Assembly: GCA_963755915.1 (NCBI GenBank)
Contig: CAVWLP010000002.1
Location: 3,008,001 to 3,072,000, forward strand
Reading direction: 5' to 3'
DNA: 64,000 nucleotides
DNA from: an uncultured Phycisphaerales bacterium
GTDB lineage: Bacteria > Planctomycetota > Phycisphaerae > Tepidisphaerales > Tepidisphaeraceae
In this document: positions 44,335 through 54,653 of the stretch, in pieces
Numbering within the stretch: the first letter of the stretch is position 1
Layout of the letters: each line of letters begins with the position of its first letter
Translations under genes and position numbers: made by a program
Notes under the pieces: model-generated
Database searches by the model: none
Told to the model about the DNA's origin: nothing
Seen by the model: only the letters and a program-made list of their open reading frames with translations

Positions 44335-46406
44335 CTACTCCCGTGGAACCCAAGCTCGAATGGTGGTCCCCTTTTTGGGCTGGCTGTCGATTTGCAGACG
44401 ACCGCCAACCAGTCTAACCCGCTCGTCCATGCTGATGAGGCCCAATCCGCGCCGGGCGTCGGGACTGGTGGAATCGAAACCTCGTCCATTGTCACTTACG
44501 CTGAGTTCCAAACCGCCGTCCCGCGCGCAACTCGACCGTTGCGCCGGCCGCTTGAGCGTGCCGCAGCACATTGGTCATGGCTTCTTGAACGATGCGATAA
44601 AGGCAAACCGAGACGTTGGCCGGAACTTCCGAAATATCCTCATCCTTAGAAAACAAGACATCGATTCCGTGTTTTTGATGAATCTCTTCGCAACACGCGC
44701 GCAGTGCCGGAATGAGTCCCGCGTGCTGGAGCACCCCGGAATGGAGCCCGTGCGACAACTTACGGACTTCATCGGTCAAATCGCTGGCACGGGCCTGGAC
44801 AGCCTCAAGATCCCTGCGAACTTCCGAATTTTCGGGCATCCGGCGTTTTTCAGACTGCTGATGGCCATCGACAGGGCGGCAATCTGTTGGTTTACGTCGT
44901 CATGCAATTCACGCGCAACACGGGTTCGCTCAACCTCCTGCATTTCAATCAGCCGACCCGCGAGGTCACGATCACGATCCAGACTGGCGCGAGCGCCGCA
45001 TGACTGACGTGGATTCCTTCTTCGGCCTGTTTTCTCTCCGTGATGTCTTGAACTATAACGCTCACGCCAATGATGCCCGCGTCATCGCGAACCGGATAAT
45101 GACTTACCAGCAAGCAAAAATATTCCTTGTAATCCGGTCCGCGTCGGCCACTTACTTCGCGATTGATATCCGGCTCGCCCGACTCGATCACTCGCTTTTG
45201 CGTTGCCTCAGCGTGCTGAGCAAGGCTGGGGGGAAGAATCTCGTAGACCGAACGGCCGATATGTTCTTCCACGCTCAGCCCATGCGTCCGGGCCAAAAAC
45301 TCGTTGATGCCGACGTAAACTTGTTTGGTATTGAGAAAAGCCAGCCCGATCGGAGCGTGCCGATAAAGACCGGATAACTCCGCGAATTGCCGCTTAGATA
45401 CGGCGTCGCTGCGGTGAAGAACCGCGATGAGGTCCGTACGTTCATGGGCGAGCGCGGCGAGAGAAAGCATGGGCAACAAAACCGCCAGCAGAAAACACTG
45501 AATCGCAATAGCGCCATCGGCGGGCGGACCCATCGCGAAAGGACCTGATCCGGACAACATGCTGCGAATGGACAACACGCCGATCGGCAGAATTGCAAGG
45601 CATACCTCGGCAGGACCAAATCGCTTCGCTGCCCAGAGAACAAAAGGAAGAAACAAATAAAATAATGTCGGAAATGCAAGCGGCTGAAATCGTTCAAGCG
45701 ACTGAAACACAAGCCACGTCGTTAATATCAATCCCCCGAACACGATCATGTATTCGATCGCCCAGCCGATCGACCACGATTGTAACCAGATGTCGCCATC
45801 GATCAGTGGAGAAAACAACGCCATCAGAGGCGGCGTTAATAGGCTCAACGAAAGCGAACTGGATAACGCAATGGAGCGCCAGCATAACCAGAAATGAGGA
45901 GCCAGATGCCAGTAATAGCGGTAGGCCGCGGGCAGGATCGCGGAAACGATCGGGGCAACCCCGGCGCCGAATATGAAAAAGACGATGACGTTTCGAGGTT
46001 GTAAAAAAGAAAACCGCTTCGGACCGGAGAATTGCCGGATACTTATGGCGGCCAGCGACGCCAGGATGCAGTTATGGCCGAACTGAACGACCATAAGGGG
46101 ATACGGTGTTTCGTGCATCCATTGGGACAGGAGATGTGCCGGCAGCGCCGCGAGTAGAACATTCGGCCATCGCGCGACCGGCAACAATAAAAGCAAACTC
46201 ACCAGGACGGCATTCGGAGGCCAAACGATCCCGATCTGCCCTGAATACGGCGCGGCGGGAAGCTGCATCGCAAAACCCGCCAACGATCCGAGGAAGTATG
46301 TTATGAATGTGATTGCTGGAAATACAAACTTTGATGGTATTCCATACGGCGTGATCTTCCTCCGCTGTCCCCCAATGGCCTCGACCTGGATGGCCATGTG
46401 GCTCAT
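44335..46406 (-). CDS. MASE1-PAS-HisKA_3 sensor histidine kinase (frameshifts)
   Basis: IVWPPNAVL and multi-TM region, PAS ending QDITERK, ARELHDDVNQ, YRIVQEAMTNVLRH, DNGRGF, GLGLISMDER. Confidence 0.9.
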
Positions 46407-46774
46407 TTGAAACTCCGATCCGCCACGATTCACCCGCAAAAGAATAGTTAATATACTTTTGTTGCCGCGGATGTCACGAAATAAGTTCTCTGGCGACAGC
46501 GATTTAGCGTTACGTTGGCTCTCCAACCTGCGATGATGGGTTGACGCATCTTGAACCAGGTGATGAATTCCCACGCGAACCTCGCCCCCCAACAACGACC
46601 TGCCACGACGATCAGTCTCGATCCAATATCATCTAATTTCTCACTCACAGCCATGACTTCCGTAAAATTTCGGATAACGCATTCCGCATATTTCCGCTGT
46701 GATGCACAATTATAAATCCATATCCTCCATTGGGTTCGTTCAGGTCCTTGGTCAGTTCATAACGAGGTGCATCC

Positions 46775-47433
46775 ATGCCACGATTTGCATTTCTGATCGG
46801 TCTGTTCCTCGCGCCTGGCCTCGGATTGCGCAAATCATAGTTGAACCAACCACTCAAAACCAAGATTACAATTTCCAAACACCGACGTCGTCCTGGCAAG
46901 ATGAGGGGGGCGTCTCCGCCGGTTATTCCTATCTCGTCTTTGACCACGCACAGAACAATGCCTTCTATAATCGCAGCGGGCCCTATATCGACGTCAACGC
47001 CGATGTGCCAATCCGGAGCTTGAACCTGCCCATCATCATTGGGATCGGCATCACCGCCTCTGGGTATTTCGCGAGCTCCGGCTATTACGGCTTCGAAGAT
47101 CTTTACTCCAGAGTGGATCTCATTTCGTTGGAGCCGCGAATCGCTCTCCCGATTACTCTTTTAGGCGACCAAGATGGCGGCCTGTTTGTGATGCCGCGCA
47201 TCGGTGCGGGAGTTATGTTCGATGATTATAGCGTTCAAACACCTTTCGACACCACCGATTATCACACCGGCGTGGCATTCGAAGTGCGGCCATCCATCGA
47301 ACTAGGTTATCGCTGGCGACTGGCCACTTTCGCTCTTGAAGGTTCTTACATGGCGGCTTGGGGAAGTTTCGGAGCGTTTGGAACCGTTGCCGAGGAACTT
47401 CGAGCCGGCTTGGTGTTTTCGTATCGGTTCTGA
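46775..47433 (+). CDS. Putative outer-membrane beta-barrel protein (signal peptide frameshifted)
   Basis: GAGG RBS and MPRFAFLIGLFLAPG, amphipathic strands, C-terminal GLVFSYRF. Confidence 0.65.
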
Positions 47434-47752
47434 TTCAAGCAAGTGATTTGGAAGATCGCGCAGTCAACGCGATCTGTTGCCATTAACTCGGTCTAATGCA
47501 AGACAGTGTGAGGTTTATTGATCCCAAATCTCCCAATTCGTGCCTTGCCCGCGTCGTCCCTGATCTGCTGCATTGCTCTGCTCGCGATCGCGCAGACCGC
47601 GCCCACTACACAGCCGACAACACTCGCGCGAATTCCCGCGGGCCTGAGTAGGATCGCGCGAAGCTTAAGCCGCGGTCCTCGCCCGCATGATTAACGTGAC
47701 GAGAGGAATAGTGCGATTGCCGGCAAGCTCTGGCAGAGAAAGGAGGCCGAAA

Positions 47753-48942
47753 ATGAGCATGTCGTCTGCGGCCGCGGCCCATGACTCGTCGGATTATTCG
47801 ATGGTCCTGGGAGGTCCGCTTTACCAGTTATATTTGCGGGCGCATCGTGCGGCCCCCCTTGGAGCTGTTGGCGCTGCGCATCGTCGTCATCACCCTAGTT
47901 ACCTGGGTGCCGTTGCTCGTACTCAGCGTGATTTCCGGGCTCGCTTGGCGGGGCGCGGGTGCCATTCCTCTACGACATTGAGGTTCAGGTCCGTTTTTTG
48001 GCTTCCCTCCCTCTGTTGATCTTCGCCGAGGTGCTGGTCCATCGGCGGATTCGCCCGATCATTATGGAATTCGTCGAACGCGGGATCATCACTCCGGAAG
48101 TGCGGCCATCGTTCGACAGAATCATCGACTCGGCGATCCGGTGGCGGAACTCCGTCACAGCCGAAGTCGTGTTAATTCTGCTCGTATCGACGGCCGGGTA
48201 TATGCTGTGGCGGAACCAGGTTGCGCTGCGGACGACCACTTGGTACGCCGACCCAACCGCCTCGGGCATGCACCTGACCCTACCGGGCATTTATTATGCG
48301 TACTTCAGCATGACGATTTACCGGTTCATGCTGTTCCGGTGGTATTACCGGCTGATCATCTGGTTCATCTTTCTATGGCGCGTGTCGCGCCTGCCCCTGA
48401 AGCTGATTCCGACGCATCCGGACCGTACGGGCGGACTGGAGTTCCTGCAAGGCGGCGCATACGCGATCACGCCGGTGTTCGTTGCTCAATCCATGTTTAT
48501 GGCCGGCGTATACGCAAATCGCATCTTTTATGAGGGCGCCAGCTTCTACACGTTTCGGATCGAAATCGTGGCCATCATGTTGATCTTCATGCTGCTCGCC
48601 CTCGGACCGCTGATGGTGTTCGCGTCACGGATCATGGACTGCCGACGCAAAGGGCTGATCGAATATGGGAAACTGGGCAGCGACTACGTTCGCGACTTCG
48701 AGCGAAAGTGGATCTCCGACCGGAAGGAAGTCCATGAGCCCCTGCTCGGCACTGACGACATTCAATCCCTGGCCGATCTGGCTAACAGCTTTGAAATCAT
48801 CCGTAGTATGACCGGCCTGCCGTTCGGAAAAGAGACCGTTCTCAGGCTGGCCCTCATGATCTTGCTGCCCTTATTGCCGCTGGTGCTCACCGTCATCCCG
48901 CTTAGCGAGGTGATCAGTCGGTTGTTCAAGGCGATGCTCTAA
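47753..48942 (+). CDS. Conserved multi-pass membrane protein (frameshifts)
   Basis: AAGGAGG RBS, SMVLGGPLYQL, PTHPDRTGGL, DIQSLADLANSF. Confidence 0.8.
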
Positions 48943-48997
48943 CAGAAAAAGACGACCTGGATCGATGGAAGACAATTCAGTCGGGAGGATCTATGCG

Positions 48998-50205
48998 ATG
49001 CGTCATTTTCAGATGGGCGGCCTGTTTGCTGCCTCTGTTTGCCGTTGCCGGATGCATTCTGAACGGTTGCACGAGCGAGACGCGCGCTCCGCAAACCCAG
49101 GCGCAGCTTTTGGAACTGGCGCCAACACGGATGCGAGTTTCGCGACGGAAACCCGGGAGATGATGGGCCGCCTGCTCGCCCGCACCAAGGCCCAATACGA
49201 CCAATACACCTCAGGCAAGAGGCTGCGGCCGCCCCAAATCGATATGCTGATCATTTCCGGCGGCGGGGATTGGGGCTCCTTTGGGGCGGGATTCCTCAAA
49301 GGGTGGGAAAGAATCTCGGCTGACGATCCGATGGCGATGCCGCAATTCACCGCCGTGACTGGCGTCAGCACCGGCACGCTGATCGCGCCATTCGCGTTCC
49401 TCGGAGACCCGCAATCCATCGAGACAATCGATCACCTTTATCGAAATCCCCAGCCCGACTGGGTGAAGCGCGCGGCTGGCTTTACTTCCTGCCCAACAAC
49501 ACCTCATTCGACGAAATCCCCGGACTCGAACGTGAGCTTCGTCAGCATGTGACCGACGACCTGGTTCGCCGCATCGCGCATGCTGGCGCCGACGGGCGCG
49601 TGTTGGTAGTCGGGGCGTCGAATATCGACGATGATAGTCCGCGCGTTTTCGATCTCGTCGCCGAGGCCCACCGCGCTGTCGAAGAGAACGACTTCGAGCG
49701 GATCAGGGAAATCCTGCTCGCCTCGGCCGGGATTCCTGGAGTGTTTCCGTTTCGAATCATCGACGGCCAGATGTACGTTGACGGCGGCATAACAGGCAAC
49801 ATCGTTTACGGTGGGCGCATTGAGGAGAAGGACAGTTTCCAGGCCACGTGGCAGAACGCCTATCCGAACACGCCGATCCCCAGGATGCGGATCTGGGTGA
49901 TCTTCAACAATCAATTTCGTCCGCCGCCGCAGGTGATAGAACCACGTTGGCCGGCGGTCATTCAGCGCAGCTTGGAGTTGGGGACCCGCGCTTCCACGGC
50001 GACGGCGCTGCGGCACCTCCTGGCTATCGCGGAGATCTCGCGGCTGAAACGCAACGCGGACATCGAAGTACGAATCGTCTCGATTCCGGAGGACTGGTCC
50101 CCGCCCGTGGAGGGGACCTTCGTCAAGAAAAGCATGAATGCCTTGGCCGACCTAGGAGAGAAGATGGGCGCCAACCCCGCAAGTTGGCAAACCGAGGTGC
50201 CCTAA
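48998..50205 (+). CDS. Patatin-like phospholipase (frameshifts)
   Basis: SGGGDWGSFGAG, GVSTG, ASAGIPGVFP, YVDGG. Confidence 0.88.
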
Positions 50206-50522
50206 ATGCCTCGACTGTTACGACGACGGCGACCACAAATCGACGATAATAGCACGCTTTGCAGCAGACCGTTGATGCAGCCAAACCTTATTTACAGAGT
50301 GGCAGGGACTAGAATTTCGACCGCGAAATTTAAGGAATGGCGCGTCTTATCCAGCACGCTCATTTGGAAATGTTCGAAATTAAGAAGAACGTTGAGCGCT
50401 ACTTTCGACTGGGAACCGGCTACTGTTGCCCGATAAAACTACATATATGAGCAATTGCTGCTTGAGGAGCGGGGAAAATGAATTTGCGTAGGCGCACCGC
50501 TGGCCAAGATGAATATGGGCTA

Positions 50523-50696
50523 TCAAAATGAACAGTCAGAAGGCAGTCCGGACCACCCGGCAATGATTTCCATCAACGCTGATGGCAGAGGCGTCGCTGC
50601 AGAAGACGAAACTGCACCAGATTCTGCACCACCCTTGAATACGACCCCTTGTTTTTCCGGCGATTCTTGAATAAGTTCAAATCCTGTATCGCCCAA
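50523..50696 (-). other. Orphan reading frame that becomes the C-terminus of the second integrase in the excised circle
   Basis: GDTGFELIQESPEKQGVVFKGGAESGAVSSSAATPLPSALMEIIAGWSGLPSDCSF*, same phase as MGDTG of the int remnant. Confidence 0.65.
50675..50695 (+). repeat. attR of island 2 (tRNA-Val 3' fragment)
   Basis: 18/21 identity to 23094-23114; the last 13 bp are exact. Confidence 0.88.
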
Positions 50697-50893
50697 TCCG
50701 GCAATTCGACCTCCCCGGCCAAAGGGGCGGAAAATCCGATTGCCGCGCGGGCATCCGGATGCCCCGGTTTTGCGGCATTTACCCCGCTCACGATCGCGAA
50801 CGAATCTTGCTTGCGAGCGCCCCTCTGAACCTGCTAAAATAGCTGAATATTCAGAGGGTTTCGCGTTTTTCGGTTTCTTGCAACTGGAGCAGC

Positions 50894-53269
50894 ATGACGA
50901 TCGGCAGGGCCATCCGGTGGTTGCTCGCCTGGGGGGCTGCTTTGGTCGTTATCGGGTCGTTTATTTCAGTCGGTATTCGCGTCTGGCGGGAGCATGATCC
51001 GTCCGATCGCCGCACCAATATTATCGTCCTCCAGTGGGGCGATCCGTCCGAAGAGGCGATCGTCCGCAATATGGTCGCCCAATACGAGCGCGATCATCCC
51101 AACATCAAAATCACCCGCGTTCACGCGGATGGGCCCGATTATGCTTCGAAACTCAAGACGATGCTGGCATCGGGAGATCCGCCGGATTTGTTTTATCTCA
51201 GCTACGAGTTCGTTCCGGAATTTGCCAGGATGCACCTGTTGGCCGACCTTGGGCCGCAGATCGCAGGGTTGGCGGATGGCAAGCAGTGGCTGGGCGGATT
51301 TTATCCAATTCTGCTCGACGCCTTCCGGTTCGACGGACAGAAAATCGGTCGGGGGCCTCTGTATGGCATACCCAAAGATTTCTCGACGATGGTGATGTAC
51401 GTGAACTGCGACCTGTTTGCCCGCGCGGGCATCTCGGTTCCGTATGGCGGCTGGACCTGGGACGAGTTTGAAGTGGATTGCCGCAGGATTTCCGCGCTTC
51501 CGCCCGACGCGGCAGGGCCGAATTACGGGGGGGCGCTCAACACCTGGCCCCTGATGCTTCAGAACATCGTGCAGTGCTACGGCGGAGATTTTTTCAACGG
51601 GTCTGACTTCCGCCACATGATCATCGATTCCCCACAGGCAGTTGCGGCGCTCGGCATGATTCAGCGGACACGCTTCCAGGACCGCTCGGTCTATCCTGCG
51701 GCGGGCCCGGCGGCGGCGGATAACAATGTCCAGCTTTTCTATACCGGTAAGATTGCCGCCATCGGACCGGTGGGGCGGTGGGAAACGCCCCATTTCCGGG
51801 GCACCGGACCAGGCGATCCCGGCATTACCAAGTTCCACTGGGACATCGTTCCCCTGCCGCACCAAAAGCGAACGATTTCCGATATTGCCGTGGTCGCCTG
51901 GGTCATGTCCTCACAGGCCAGGCACCCGAAAGAAGCCTTCGATGTGCTGCATTTCCTCACCGGCCCGGATGGACAGGCGATGGCGGCGCACCTGGGGCTG
52001 GCCATTCCCTCGCTGAAAGCGGTCGCGCACAGCGACGCGTTTCTCAATGGCAAGCCAGATCACACTCAGTTGTTCCTCGACGCCGTAAATGACGGACATA
52101 TCTCCCAGTTTCCTGCCGAGCAGGAATACGAGCAGGACATGACCGATGAACTCGCCGGATGCATCGAGCTGAATACGCTTCCGCCGGCGCAGGCGGCCAA
52201 AAACCTTGCCGCGCGGTGGGATCGGGAGATGTCCTCGCCGCTGAAGCGCGACGATTATCCACGGATGAACTGGCGGCTGGTGGAGATCGTCGCCGGGCTG
52301 GCGATTCTGGCCGTGGGCTCTATCGCCTGGCTCGCCAGCCGGCGGCAGAAACTGGGCGTCCTGGATAAAAAAATCGAGCGCACCGGGTGGCTTTTCGTTT
52401 CGCCCTGGGTGATTGGTTTTCTGGCGCTGACCCTGGGGCCGATGGTGATGTCGCTGCTCCTTTCGCTGACGCGGTGGACGGCGATGACGCCGATCAGTGA
52501 CGCGAAATTTGTCGGCCTGGACAACTACAAGGTGATGGCCCACTTCGACGAGGATTTAATCCCGTCGCTGCGCGTGACCGCCTACTTTGCGCTGCTTGCC
52601 GTTCCCCTCGGACAAATCGCGGCGCTGGGCGTGGCAATGCTGATGAATACCAGGGTGAAGGGTATTACGGCATTCCGCACCATTTATTATGTTCCGACGC
52701 TCGTTGGCGGCGTGACGATGGCTACGATCTGGCTTTGGCTTTTCGACAAAGATTACGGCCTGATCAATCACCTGCTGATGCCGATCGCGCGGTTCTTTGG
52801 CACTACGCCGCCCGACTGGTTGCATCAGGATGCCTATCGGTGGGGGGTTCCGGCGTTTGTCATCATGAGCCTCTGGACGGTGGGCGCCGGGATGCTCACC
52901 TATCTGGCGGCCCTGAAAAATGTGCCGGGCTCGCTTTATGAAGCGGCCCACATCGACGGGGCGGGGATGATCCGGCAATTCTTTGCCGTGACGATCCCGA
53001 TGATCTCGCCGCTGATCTTTTTTAACCTCATCATGGCGATCATCGGCAGCTTCCAGGTCTTTGCCCAGGTCTACGTGATGACCAAGGGTGGGCCCAATGA
53101 CGCCACGCTCTTTTATGTGCTTTATCTCTATCGCCAGGCGTTTGATTTCCACAACATGGGATATGCCAGCGCGCTGGCCTGGTTGTTGTTTGTGCTGGTG
53201 CTGCTGCTGACCCTGGCGGTGATCCGCGGCAGCCGGCGGTTTGTGTATTACGAGGGTTTGAAAGCATGA
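50894..53269 (+). CDS. Sugar ABC transporter: solute-binding protein fused to permease
   Basis: ASGDPPDLF, YGIPKDF, then FVSPWVIGF, FRTIYYVP and LYEAAHIDGA in one uninterrupted ORF. Confidence 0.92.
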   Translation: MTIGRAIRWLLAWGAALVVIGSFISVGIRVWREHDPSDRRTNIIVLQWGDPSEEAIVRNMVAQYERDHPNIKITRVHADGPDYASKLKTMLASGDPPDLFYLSYEFVPEFARMHLLADLGPQIAGLADGKQWLGGFYPILLDAFRFDGQKIGRGPLYGIPKDFSTMVMYVNCDLFARAGISVPYGGWTWDEFEVDCRRISALPPDAAGPNYGGALNTWPLMLQNIVQCYGGDFFNGSDFRHMIIDSPQAVAALGMIQRTRFQDRSVYPAAGPAAADNNVQLFYTGKIAAIGPVGRWETPHFRGTGPGDPGITKFHWDIVPLPHQKRTISDIAVVAWVMSSQARHPKEAFDVLHFLTGPDGQAMAAHLGLAIPSLKAVAHSDAFLNGKPDHTQLFLDAVNDGHISQFPAEQEYEQDMTDELAGCIELNTLPPAQAAKNLAARWDREMSSPLKRDDYPRMNWRLVEIVAGLAILAVGSIAWLASRRQKLGVLDKKIERTGWLFVSPWVIGFLALTLGPMVMSLLLSLTRWTAMTPISDAKFVGLDNYKVMAHFDEDLIPSLRVTAYFALLAVPLGQIAALGVAMLMNTRVKGITAFRTIYYVPTLVGGVTMATIWLWLFDKDYGLINHLLMPIARFFGTTPPDWLHQDAYRWGVPAFVIMSLWTVGAGMLTYLAALKNVPGSLYEAAHIDGAGMIRQFFAVTIPMISPLIFFNLIMAIIGSFQVFAQVYVMTKGGPNDATLFYVLYLYRQAFDFHNMGYASALAWLLFVLVLLLTLAVIRGSRRFVYYEGLKA

Positions 53270-54176
53270 GCAGCCTGACGACGGCATTTCCGCATGGCCG
53301 CGAAATTGAGGGCGTTCTGCGCCGGCGCAGGTTCGGGAATCTGGCGCGCCGAAATTTTCCACCTGTCTGACTTATGGGCTTCTGATCGCCGGGGCAATCG
53401 CGATGCTCGTGCCGTTTGTTTTCATGATCAGCAGCAGTCTGAAGACCGACCCGGAGATTCAGCAGGTCCCACCGACGATTTTGCCGCAGACGATCCAGTG
53501 GCATAACTACATCGACGCGATGGGCAGGGACAAAATGGATTTCTCCCACACGCTGCCCAATACGGTGGTGATCACATTCTGCTGCGTGGTGGGGCAGATT
53601 ATTTCCAGCAGTTTGGTGGGGTTTGGATTTGCGCGGTTTCGGTTTCGGGGGCGAAACGCGCTGTTCCTGCTGATGCTCAGCACGATGATGCTGCCGGCGC
53701 AGGTGACGATGATCCCGCTGTTCGTCATGTTCAAAAAACTGGGGTGGATCGACACATTTTTGCCGCTGATCGTTCCGGCATTTTTTGGCGGGCCGTTCTT
53801 TGTGTTTATGTTCCGGCAATTTTTCGCGGCGATTCCCGAGGAGCTCATGGAAGCCGCCCGCATCGATGGGGCGGGGGCACTGCGGGTTTACTGGCAGATC
53901 ATGATGCCGCTGTGCGGGCCGGTGATCGCCATCACGGCGATCTACACCTTCATGAACACGTGGAACGATTTTCTGAATCCGCTGATTTATCTGAATTCGC
54001 CGCAGAACCAGACGCTGGCGCTGGCGCTGGCGTCTTTCAATGGACAGTACGGCGTTTCGCACGTGAACCAGCTCATGGCGGCAAGCTTTGTCACGATGCT
54101 CCCATGCCTGCTGCTCTTCGCGGCGGCGCAGCGGTATTTCGTGGAGAACATCGCGATGACGGGCGGGAAGAATTAG
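53266..54176 (+). CDS. Carbohydrate ABC permease (frameshift near the 5' end)
   Basis: ATGA overlap, GFGFARFRFRG, ELMEAARIDGA, WNDFLNPLIY. Confidence 0.92.
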
Positions 54177-54604
54177 TCTTGGGCTTGGGCTTAGATCCAA
54201 TCCGCCCGCATTTTCCGCGATTGCGTCAACATATTTACCGGGGTGAAAATCATGAGAAGTTAGTGATCGCAAATGCGTTGCCGTGGGGGTGCGGTGGGGG
54301 GTTTCGTTACCGTTGACAGTTTCGATTTTTTTCAAGACGGGGGCGTAGGGTGTACGTTTTCTTTCGCGAATTACGACAGGGGATTGAAGGGGGTTTGGGG
54401 CGATCATCAACATGTTGTGCCTCTATATACAGGTCCAAAAGGTGTACGTTTTGTACCTATTTTGTACGTATGGCGCAGGATTTTTTTTAGTTTATTCACC
54501 GCGGAGAACGGGGAGGGAAATACAAATGCATTATTGGGAAATCAATTTTGTCGTGCGGGCAGAGGGGATATGAATTTTCTGGTATTAGAGGTTTTGCGGA
54601 TCAA

Positions 54605-54641
54605 TAAAAAAAGCCACAGGACCTTGCCCTGTGGCTTCATT
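54605..54641 (-). terminator. Intrinsic terminator (possibly bidirectional)
   Basis: AAGCCACAGG-7 nt-CCTGTGGCTT with an A-run on the left (U-run on the minus strand). Confidence 0.8.
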
Positions 54642-54653
54642 TTCGCCCCTGGA

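Larger units (their letters stand above)
23094..50695. mobile_element. Decayed genomic island (about 27.6 kb) at the tRNA-Val 3' end
   Basis: GTTCGAGCCCTGTATCGCCCA (23094-23114) vs GTTCAAATCCTGTATCGCCCA (50675-50695); integrase remnant at the left end; matching arm-like repeats at 23238 and 50612. Confidence 0.85.
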
